Source of the DNA: an uncultured bacterium
GTDB taxonomy: Bacteria > Bacillota_I > Bacilli_A > RFN20 > CAG-826
NCBI GenBank assembly: GCA_949300345.1
Contig: CASGDR010000006.1
Location: 6,922 to 70,921 of the forward strand
DNA length: 64,000 nucleotides
Direction: 5' to 3'
Every line of letters starts with the position of its first letter. The first letter of the stretch is position 1. Positions 47,894 through 55,783 of this stretch are shown here, piece by piece. The position numbers and the translations under genes are program-made. A model generated the notes under the pieces. That model searched no databases. It had not been told where the DNA came from and saw nothing but the letters and a program-made list of their open reading frames with translations.

Positions 47894-48871
47894 TTAGGCC
47901 CTAGGGAGGGTCACGATGGTTTGGGTGCCGGATTTGTAGGTGTAGGTCGATCCGTCTTCGCTTACGGTGGCAATCAGGTTGCCTTCGTGTTCGGTGCGGT
48001 TCCTATCGTCTTCGAATTCGTATTCGAGGTTGATGTCATTGCCGGCTTTGTTTAGAAGCTTGAACTCGGCTTCTTCCCCCGGAGTGGTAACCTCGATCGA
48101 GGATTCGGCGACTTCCTGTCTCCTTTCGGTTTCCTTCTCGTAATTGACTTCGACTTCGAAGGAGGCGGTATCATCGTCCCACATCCTGGAGTAGGTGCCA
48201 TAGGTGAACCCGGTTTCCATTTCGTCGACTTCGGTTTCGGTCTCATAGGAGATCATCACGAATTCGTTTTGGGACATCTTGATCCAGAGTTCGGTCTCCA
48301 GTTCGTTCTCGTTATGGGAATTCTCGGCTTCGCGCTTGCCCTCTACTTCATAGGTGACACCGTCGATGACATATTTTCCGATGATCTTGTATTCCTCTTC
48401 GTCAACATCGTGGTTGGGGAGGGCTTCTTCCCTCCAGTGGAAGGTTCCGCCTTCGACAGCCATGGAGTAAGGCAGTTCGGCCCCCTCTTCGTAGTTGACG
48501 GTTACCATGGCGGAGGGATTGAGTTCGCCGGTGAGCAGGCTCTCGGCGGTCAGCATGTAGGGATTGATCTTCTCGATCTGGGTCTTCAAAACCTCGCTAG
48601 AGACAGGCTGAGCTTTGGAAAGCCTCGCAAATCTTGCTTGGACGGCATTGTTTTGTCCAACGATGTAATCCGAGCCGGAGAGGATGCCATAGGTGATGGC
48701 CTGGAACTTCTCGGTGGCACCCTGGTCGGCGGTGCCAGGGAGGGATGAGGAGGGATCGCTACCACCTCCCCCGGGATTGGGATTGTCGGAGCTAGTGTTA
48801 ATGAGTGCAGAACAGCCGGCTAGGGCTAGGGCGGCCAGCGGTAGGCCTAGTAGGTAGATTGATTTTTTCAT
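47894..48871 (-). CDS. Acidic lipoprotein paralogous to the anti-sigma extracellular domain
   Basis: MKKSIY...LAGC lipobox, Gly/Ser/Pro linker, Glu-rich domain. Confidence 0.8.
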   Translation of the reverse strand: MKKSIYLLGLPLAALALAGCSALINTSSDNPNPGGGGSDPSSSLPGTADQGATEKFQAITYGILSGSDYIVGQNNAVQARFARLSKAQPVSSEVLKTQIEKINPYMLTAESLLTGELNPSAMVTVNYEEGAELPYSMAVEGGTFHWREEALPNHDVDEEEYKIIGKYVIDGVTYEVEGKREAENSHNENELETELWIKMSQNEFVMISYETETEVDEMETGFTYGTYSRMWDDDTASFEVEVNYEKETERRQEVAESSIEVTTPGEEAEFKLLNKAGNDINLEYEFEDDRNRTEHEGNLIATVSEDGSTYTYKSGTQTIVTLPRA

Positions 48872-48965
48872 GGTGGTTTTTCTTCCTTTCACCCTACTAA
48901 CGGTTAGCCCCCTCTACTTTGTTGGAAAAAACCTTATTTCTTTACAATTCCCTAACAAAGGCAGC

Positions 48966-48990
48966 AAAAAAGGCAGGTGGTTGCCTGCCT
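48966..48990 (-). terminator. Intrinsic terminator after anti-sigma gene
   Basis: AGGCAGG-CAACCA-CCTGCCT-TTTTT. Confidence 0.8.
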
Positions 48991-49004
48991 CATGCATTAG
49001 GTAG

Positions 49005-50126
49005 TTAGATCCGGGGATAACTTCCGCCGATCTGCTCGTTACCTTGTTTATACGTATACGTGGACCCGTCCGCGGAGATAATCGCGGTAATGCGGCCCTC
49101 GTATTCGGTGTCGCTAAGCTCCTCTTCGAATTCGTAATCGATGTCAAATTGGTTGTTCACCTTTTCATGGAGTTTGAATTTGGATTCCTCCCCGACGGTG
49201 GTCACTTCGATGGTGGTTTCCTTTGTTCTGCCTTCCTCTTCGTAATTCACCTCTACTTCGAAGGAGGCCGTATCATCGTCCCACATCCTGGAGTAGGTGC
49301 CATAGGTGAAGCCAGTTTCCATTTCGTCATACTCGGCCTCCGTCTGATAGGCGATGCAGAGGTATTCCCCTTCCTTGATTTCGATCCAGAGTTCGGTCTC
49401 CAGTTCGTTCTCGGTCGATTCAAGGGATTTTTCCCTCTTGCCTTCGGCGTAGTAGGTCCGCCCGTCAAGGAGGTATTTCCCTTCGATCTTGTATTCTTCT
49501 TCGTCGTCCTCGTGATTGGGCAGCGCCTCTTCCTTCCAGGAGAAGCTACCGCCCTCTAGGACCATCGAATAGGGATACTCGGCCCCTTCGGTGTAGGTTA
49601 CCTGGGTCGAGGCATCGAAGGTGAAGCTGCCATCCATCATTTCCTCGGCGGTCAGCATGTAGGGGTTGATCTTGTCGATTTCACCTTCAAGCACACTGAC
49701 GGGGGCAGGAGCCTTGAACAAAGGCTTTACGGAAAGTGAGCCGCTTTGTCCCTGCAGGTAATTGGAGCCTCCCACTACCCCATAGGTCATGGCCTGGAAC
49801 TTCGCGGTATCCGGATCGGTGCTCTGGCTGGAAGAGCCGCCGCCGGAAGAGCTACCCCCTCCCGAGGAACCAGAACTTCCGGGGTCCGGGGTCGGAGGAT
49901 TGGGATTTTGATTGAGGGCATCGATGGTAATCGGGGTGATGATGGCAACCAATAGGGCGGCCGAAAGGGCGGGAACCGCGCCTTTGAGCCAGCGGTTCCC
50001 CTTTTTCTTTTTCGCTTCCTGGCGTTCGATGTATTCGGCCTTGATCTTGCCCTTGATCTCCGGAACCGAAGAGTCATCGAAAGACTCAAGAAGCTGTTTT
50101 CTGATGTCCTTATCGTCTTTCTTCAT
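49005..50126 (-). CDS. Putative membrane anti-sigma factor
   Basis: ATGA overlap with sigma stop; short charged N-terminus, one TM (AVPALSAALLVAIITPI), G/S/P linker, acidic extracellular domain. Confidence 0.75.
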   Translation of the reverse strand: MKKDDKDIRKQLLESFDDSSVPEIKGKIKAEYIERQEAKKKKGNRWLKGAVPALSAALLVAIITPITIDALNQNPNPPTPDPGSSGSSGGGSSSGGGSSSQSTDPDTAKFQAMTYGVVGGSNYLQGQSGSLSVKPLFKAPAPVSVLEGEIDKINPYMLTAEEMMDGSFTFDASTQVTYTEGAEYPYSMVLEGGSFSWKEEALPNHEDDEEEYKIEGKYLLDGRTYYAEGKREKSLESTENELETELWIEIKEGEYLCIAYQTEAEYDEMETGFTYGTYSRMWDDDTASFEVEVNYEEEGRTKETTIEVTTVGEESKFKLHEKVNNQFDIDYEFEEELSDTEYEGRITAIISADGSTYTYKQGNEQIGGSYPRI

Positions 50127-50632
50127 TTTTGCTCTCCCAGCTCGCTTCGGAGCTTTTTCCTGGCCTCTTGGTAAAGCCATGTGGCGGTGCCGGTCGGAAT
50201 GCCCTTCATCTTGGCTATCTCCTTGAAGGAGAAATCGCCGAGGACCCTGAGCAGGAATACCGCGTACTCCTTCTCGTTTAGAAGGGTTCCGATCTTCTCG
50301 AGCAGACCCGAATCCAGGGTCCCCTCGAGTTTGCCCGGGGTATGTTCCTCCAGGAGTTCCCCGTGCTTCTTCAGCTTCTTGTATAGGTCGAATGAGGCGT
50401 TTCGGGCCATGGTACATAGATAGGCCACGATGTCGCAGTCATCCGGGATCTTGTGTTTCTTCTCCAGAAGACTCAGGTAGGTCTCCTGCATCACGTCCTC
50501 GGCGGTATCCCTATTAAGGAAGACCGAGTATGCGGTGTAGTAGACCGCCTTCTTGGAGAGGTCATAGATCTCGTCGAAGCCGGAGAGGTCACCATCCTTC
50601 AGGCGCCTTATCAGGTGTGCGTAAAGGCCCAT
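50123..50632 (-). CDS. ECF RNA polymerase sigma factor
   Basis: Region 2 AEDVMQETY...MARN; region 4 FSFKEIAKMKGIPTGT. Confidence 0.92.
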   Translation of the reverse strand: MGLYAHLIRRLKDGDLSGFDEIYDLSKKAVYYTAYSVFLNRDTAEDVMQETYLSLLEKKHKIPDDCDIVAYLCTMARNASFDLYKKLKKHGELLEEHTPGKLEGTLDSGLLEKIGTLLNEKEYAVFLLRVLGDFSFKEIAKMKGIPTGTATWLYQEARKKLRSELGEQK

Positions 50633-50736
50633 GCTAGAAAGGTCCCCTCACCCTATAGACTCTTTGAGACACGGATTTGTTGGTAAAAATTCGTCTCATG
50701 ATGCAAAAAGGTTAATACCAAGGAATGAAAATCACA

Positions 50737-50768
50737 AAGAAAAAGCCCCGGCTTGCTCAGCCGGGGCT
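50737..50768 (-). terminator. Intrinsic terminator of feo operon
   Basis: AGCCCCGGCT-loop-AGCCGGGGCT-TTTT. Confidence 0.8.
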
Positions 50769-50782
50769 AGCATTTATGGGAT

Positions 50783-50977
50783 CTATTCCTTCTTCGTGGC
50801 TTTTTCTTCCTTCTTTTTCATGGCCTTGTAAGAGGCGACTAGGGCTTTGCCCTTCCCCTTGCAGTCGTCGCAGTAGTTGAAACCCTCCTTATGCGACCTT
50901 TTGGCCCTGATCTCATGGATGATCACATAGAGGATCCATAAGCAGATAAGGATGATGCCGAGAATGGAAATCCACAT
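50783..50977 (-). CDS. FeoB-associated Cys-rich membrane protein
   Basis: TM followed by CDDC; directly after feoB. Confidence 0.7.
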   Translation of the reverse strand: MWISILGIILICLWILYVIIHEIRAKRSHKEGFNYCDDCKGKGKALVASYKAMKKKEEKATKKE

Positions 50978-50980
50978 GGC

Positions 50981-53326
50981 TTATAGGGTAGCTTCCTTTT
51001 CCCCTTCGACGGCTTCCTTGGCCCTCATCTTGCGGTTGTAGAGGATGAGCAAGGCGAGGCCGGCGGCAAGGACCGGGAGCCAGATGGCCAAAGTCCAGAC
51101 ATAGTCGATGACGGTGTAGGCCATGCAGCCGACCACATAGGAAACGGCCAGCCAGAAGCCAATGGTCCACCAGAAGGTCTTCTTGTCGGGCAGTTCGGAG
51201 TGGGCAGTGGCCACGGCCGCGAAGCATGGGATGGTGAGCATGTTGAAGACGATGAAGGCAATGCAGATGCCCGGAGTGGCACCCACGCCCTGCAGCAAGG
51301 CCTCGATGGCCGCTTCTTCGTTATCGGCAAAATCGGGGTTGGAGGTGACGGCAATGGCTAGGATGGTGAAGGTTGCGGTGGCGTTTTCTTTCGCGATCAG
51401 ACCGGCGATGGCGGCAACCGGCAGGACCCAACCGTAGTTGACCAGCTGTGCCCCGAAGCCCAGCGGCGTAAATAGCGGCTGGATGAGCATGCCTAGGCTT
51501 GCCAAGATGGAGGAGTTGATTTCCTCATCGGCGAGGAATTGGTAGTTCCAGTTGAAGTGCATCAGCACCCAGACCAAGGCGTTGGCCACCAAGATGATGG
51601 TGAAGGCTTTTTTCACGAAGTGCTTGGCCTTGTCCCAAAGGTGGATCATCAAGGCGTTGAACTGGGGCCTATGATAGGCAGGCAACTCCATGATGAAGGG
51701 CGGGACCTTGCACCTTTGGGTGGTGATATGCATGACTAGCACCGAGATGATGGCTACGATGACACCTAGGAAGTACATGCAGGCGACGATCAGGTCTACA
51801 TAGGGTAGGCCGAACAGGGTCGCCATGCCGCCCGCGATGCCGGTCAATATCGGCAGCTTGGCGCCACAGGAGAAGAAGGGAATGACGCGGATGGTCTGGA
51901 TCTTTTCCTGCTTGGAGCCGAGGGTACGGGTATTCATGACGGCGGGGATGGAACAGCCAAAGCCCATGATCATAGGCAAGATGGCACGTCCGGAAAGCCC
52001 GAATTTGCGGAAGATCCTATCAAGTAGGAAGGCGACACGGGCCATGTAGCCGGAATCTTCCAGGAGGGAGAAGAAGAGGAAGAGCAGTAGAATCTGCGGT
52101 AAGAACATCAAGACGGACTGGATGCCGGCGAGGATGCCGTCGACAAACAGGCTGACGAACCATTCCCAGGCCCCGGCGGTTTCAAGGCCGAGCCTGATGC
52201 CTTCCATGATGATGCCGAGGACGGCTTCCACCAGGTTCATGAGCATGACGCCCGGCGACATTAGGGCAGCAGCCCCGTCTTCAGAGGCTAGGAATATGCC
52301 ATTGAAGGCATTCCATCCGGCCCATACGGTGGTCGAATCCTCAGGGATTTCCACGAACGGGAAGGGTCCGGCTCCGATGTCGGAGAGCCATCCGCTTAGG
52401 AAGAGGAAGTCTTCCGAGAAGGTGAAGTGGAAGATGATCAGCATGATGGCAATGAAGATGGGAATACCCAGCCACCTGTTGGTCAATACCTTGTCGATCT
52501 TGTCCGAGAGGGAGGACTTGGGAGCCTTGTCTTTGCCCGCTTCTTCGGCCACTTCGGCAATGGTGCGGCACTTGATGTAGTTTTCGGTGATGAACTTGTA
52601 GCGCAGGTCCGCAGTCATGGCTTCGTAGTCCTCGCCCTGGATAATCTTGCTGACCGCATCATAGGCTTCGGGTTCCTTTTCATGCTCAAGGCTATCCTTC
52701 TGGATGGCGTTGATGGCATGGAACAAGGGATTGGAGATGCCGGCATCTTCATAGACCTTGACGGCCTTTTCGATGACGGTCTTAAGCTCAGAATCCGCGA
52801 GAACCGAGACGCCTTTGCGGGGTTTTTCCACGGAATGGATGGCAGATTCCATCAATTCGTGGAGGTTCTTCTTCTTAAGGGCGGAAACCATGACTACCGG
52901 CACGCCGAGTTCCTTGGAAAGGACATCGGCATCGATGCTGATGTGGTTGCGTTGCAGAAGGTCGGCCATGTTGAGGGCCACGACCACGGGGACGTCGATT
53001 TCCAAGAGTTGGGTAGTGAGGTAGAGGTTGCGTTCTAGGTTGGTCGCGTCGATGACGTTGATGACGACATCGGGCTTTTCTTCAAGGATGAAGTTCCGAG
53101 AAATGACTTCTTCGGAAGTATAGGGGGAAAGCGAGTAGATGCCAGGGAGGTCAACCACATCGACTTTGCCGTGATGCTTGCTCTTGTAAAAACCTTCGCG
53201 CTTTTCGACGGTGACACCAGGCCAGTTGCCGACATAGGCAGTGGCGCCGGTGAGGGCGTTGAACAGGGTGGTTTTGCCGCAGTTGGGGTTGCCGGCTAGG
53301 GCAACGCGCAGGACTTTCTCAGCCAT
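50981..53326 (-). CDS. feoB: Ferrous iron transporter FeoB
   Basis: GNPNCGKTT, GNWPGVTVE, DLPG, LEDSGYMAR. Confidence 0.96.
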   Translation of the reverse strand: MAEKVLRVALAGNPNCGKTTLFNALTGATAYVGNWPGVTVEKREGFYKSKHHGKVDVVDLPGIYSLSPYTSEEVISRNFILEEKPDVVINVIDATNLERNLYLTTQLLEIDVPVVVALNMADLLQRNHISIDADVLSKELGVPVVMVSALKKKNLHELMESAIHSVEKPRKGVSVLADSELKTVIEKAVKVYEDAGISNPLFHAINAIQKDSLEHEKEPEAYDAVSKIIQGEDYEAMTADLRYKFITENYIKCRTIAEVAEEAGKDKAPKSSLSDKIDKVLTNRWLGIPIFIAIMLIIFHFTFSEDFLFLSGWLSDIGAGPFPFVEIPEDSTTVWAGWNAFNGIFLASEDGAAALMSPGVMLMNLVEAVLGIIMEGIRLGLETAGAWEWFVSLFVDGILAGIQSVLMFLPQILLLFLFFSLLEDSGYMARVAFLLDRIFRKFGLSGRAILPMIMGFGCSIPAVMNTRTLGSKQEKIQTIRVIPFFSCGAKLPILTGIAGGMATLFGLPYVDLIVACMYFLGVIVAIISVLVMHITTQRCKVPPFIMELPAYHRPQFNALMIHLWDKAKHFVKKAFTIILVANALVWVLMHFNWNYQFLADEEINSSILASLGMLIQPLFTPLGFGAQLVNYGWVLPVAAIAGLIAKENATATFTILAIAVTSNPDFADNEEAAIEALLQGVGATPGICIAFIVFNMLTIPCFAAVATAHSELPDKKTFWWTIGFWLAVSYVVGCMAYTVIDYVWTLAIWLPVLAAGLALLILYNRKMRAKEAVEGEKEATL

Positions 53327-53613
53327 TATTTCTTCGCCTCCTTGTCGTCTGCCTTGGCCTCGATGTCAAATTCGCCGAGGACCCTGACGCAGGCTGCTTC
53401 GCTCTTCCTAAGGGAGAGTTCGTAGCCGCGGATGGTGATCTCAATCGGATCACCCAGCGGTGCTTTCTTGCGGAGGTATAGTTCGGCGCCGGGGGTAATC
53501 CCCATATCGAAAAGGCGGCGGCGGATCTTGAATTCCCCGACCACTTCCTCAATCTTCGCACTCCGTCCTACCTTCAGCTTATCCAGCGTCGCTACCATGA
53601 CTTTGGTTTCCAT
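53326..53613 (-). CDS. feoA: FeoA
   Basis: RRLFDMGITPG, APLGDPIE, LSLRKSEA. Confidence 0.92.
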   Translation of the reverse strand: METKVMVATLDKLKVGRSAKIEEVVGEFKIRRRLFDMGITPGAELYLRKKAPLGDPIEITIRGYELSLRKSEAACVRVLGEFDIEAKADDKEAKK

Positions 53614-53626
53614 TGGATACTCCTAC

Positions 53627-53857
53627 TTATATGACGGAAATCGCTCTCGAAAGGTCTTTGTCTAACGCCAGCCTCGTTCCTTTGATGAGGATGATGGTTC
53701 CCCCTTTTTTATCCCTGGATAGAACCTTGACATCCGCACCGCCTATGAGCCCTAGGCTGGAAAGCCGTCCGTACAAAGCATCGTCTTTGATATTGATTTC
53801 CGCTATGTGGAGGATTTTTTCCGTTGGCGCTTCGCTTAAAACCATATCGTTAGCCAT
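53627..53857 (-). CDS. feoA: FeoA family protein (second copy)
   Basis: RLSSLGL, KGTRLALD; start uncertain. Confidence 0.75.
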   Translation of the reverse strand: MANDMVLSEAPTEKILHIAEINIKDDALYGRLSSLGLIGGADVKVLSRDKKGGTIILIKGTRLALDKDLSRAISVI

Positions 53858-53905
53858 TCCTAACGGCATTATCATAAACACCTTAATCAGATTTGCAATA
53901 TAGAG

Positions 53906-53918
53906 TTAGTTAAACTAA
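53906..53918. promoter_or_regulatory. Putative DtxR/MntR-family operator
   Basis: Palindrome TTAGTTAAACTAA between feo operon and the divergent regulator. Confidence 0.55.
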
Positions 53919-53995
53919 ACCCTTAAATGTGAGAACCGTGTTGTATAAAAGCCTTTTCCTTGAAAAAGATGGATAACTTGCCCTAAAGTTTTAGC

Positions 53996-54382
53996 ATGGA
54001 ACATACCAATACCCGCGAATCGGCCGAGGACTATCTCGAGAGAATCTACCAAATCTCCGAAGACGGCCAAAAGGAAATCAGGGCGATCGATCTAGTCAAC
54101 GCCATGAATTTCAGCAAGCCTTCCATTTCCATTGCCCTGCGCAAGCTTGAAGAACAAGGCTATGTCTATGTCGACGAACACCAGCACATCCACCTTACCG
54201 AAACCGGAAGGGAATTGGCACTTAAGGTATACGAACGCCATGAGCTTCTAGGGAAGATGTTCGTTGCCCTAGGGGTCGATGAGGAAACGGCTTACAGGGA
54301 TGCCTGCAAAATCGAACACGATCTAAGCGACGCCACCTGGGAAGCCATCAAGGCCCACTATAAACAAAAGGTCGGAGAATAA
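53996..54382 (+). CDS. DtxR/MntR family metal-dependent repressor
   Basis: EDYLERIY, SKPSIS, YERH, DACKIEH. Confidence 0.92.
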   Translation: MEHTNTRESAEDYLERIYQISEDGQKEIRAIDLVNAMNFSKPSISIALRKLEEQGYVYVDEHQHIHLTETGRELALKVYERHELLGKMFVALGVDEETAYRDACKIEHDLSDATWEAIKAHYKQKVGE

Positions 54383-54412
54383 CCCCGACCTCTGACTAGC
54401 GATCTGCCGGAC

Positions 54413-55783
54413 TTAGTCCGGTTTTTCGTTTCCGTCCAAGGCTTTTTCAAACCTTTCGCGGATCCGCTGGTTGACGGATTTATCGACATCCTCACTCTCG
54501 ATTTTGGTGATGAGGACCTTGCGGATGACCTTTCTGGCCCCAAAAGCCAGGACTTTGAAGTTATAACCGCCGAACTGCAGGTTCCTCGAATCCTTGCCTT
54601 GTTCCAAAGCCAATTCGGTAAGGAAGCCAGAGAGGGTTTCGGAATCGGAACTGACCTCATCGTAATCGATGTCGAGTTCATTGAAGAGATCTTCGAGGTT
54701 CATCGATCCGTCAGCAATATAGGAGTCCTCCCCTCTTTCGACGAAGGGTTCTTCGGCATGGTCGGTTTCATCCCAGATTTCTCCGACGATTTCCTCGATG
54801 ATATCCTCGACGGTGACGATACCCTCAAAGCCGCCATACTCATCCATGACGCCAGCGATGCGGGTCTTCTTCTGCCTCATGTCTTCGAGGATGACGGAGA
54901 CATCTTCGCTGCGGTGGACGAACATCAAAGGACGGATAAGCGGCCTGATGTCATCGCTTTTACCCTTTAATTTAAGGGCGATTATGTCCTTGAGGCGGAC
55001 ATAGCCAAGGATGTTATCGATCGTATTTTCGTACACCGGAAGCCTGCTATGGGTAAAGGCTTCGGGTTTATTGAGGATGACGGAAGCCGGCTCATTGGCC
55101 GAAACGGCGAAGACCTTGACCCTAGGAGTGAGGATTTCAAAGGCCTTGGCCTGGGCGAATTCCACAGTACCGCGGAGCAATTCGGCTTCTTCCTCGGTAA
55201 AGGCACCCTTTTCCTCGCCTTCGTCGATCATCTCCTGGAGATCGTCTTCCTGCGATTTGTTTTCAGGGAAGAAACGAAGGATCGGATAAGAGACAAACTT
55301 GCCAAATCCACCAACTAGATAGGTGACGGGAATAGTACCCCAATAGAAAGCGTTGATTATCGGGGCATAGGAGACAGAAAGACGCAGATTCCAAATTTTT
55401 CCAAGCGATTTTGCGATGATTTCGCAGAAAGTGATCTTGAAAACAAGAACGACGATGGAAGCGATTAGACCATAGAATTCCTGTACGTCTTCATTGGTGA
55501 TTCCAAAGACCGTGATGGCCAAGACAACACCAAGCAAAGTGGATACGGTGTCTAAGGCAGCGTTGATGGTGTCGTTGCAAAGGAGGATGGTGGAGATGGT
55601 CTTGTCGTAATCTTTGGCAAGACGGTAAGCAGTCTTCCTTTTGCCCGAACCAGGATGGCTATCCATCTCCCTGGAAAGACGCTTCAAAGAGATAGAACCA
55701 TAGGCCATATCGGCACTTGAGAAGAACATGGACCCGAATAGTAGCGCCAAAAGGAGGAGCGAATAAAGAATGATCGTAGTCAT
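54413..55783 (-). CDS. CNNM/CBS/CorC (hemolysin family) transporter
   Basis: FFSSADMA, TPRV, HSRLPVY, DEYGG, EDIIEEIVGEIWDE, CorC domain. Confidence 0.88.
   Translation of the reverse strand: MTTIILYSLLLLALLFGSMFFSSADMAYGSISLKRLSREMDSHPGSGKRKTAYRLAKDYDKTISTILLCNDTINAALDTVSTLLGVVLAITVFGITNEDVQEFYGLIASIVVLVFKITFCEIIAKSLGKIWNLRLSVSYAPIINAFYWGTIPVTYLVGGFGKFVSYPILRFFPENKSQEDDLQEMIDEGEEKGAFTEEEAELLRGTVEFAQAKAFEILTPRVKVFAVSANEPASVILNKPEAFTHSRLPVYENTIDNILGYVRLKDIIALKLKGKSDDIRPLIRPLMFVHRSEDVSVILEDMRQKKTRIAGVMDEYGGFEGIVTVEDIIEEIVGEIWDETDHAEEPFVERGEDSYIADGSMNLEDLFNELDIDYDEVSSDSETLSGFLTELALEQGKDSRNLQFGGYNFKVLAFGARKVIRKVLITKIESEDVDKSVNQRIRERFEKALDGNEKPD

Noticed and set aside
49820-49910. Low-complexity Gly/Ser/Pro repeat-like DNA
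   Set aside because: Encodes the flexible linker of the anti-sigma; not a tandem repeat array.
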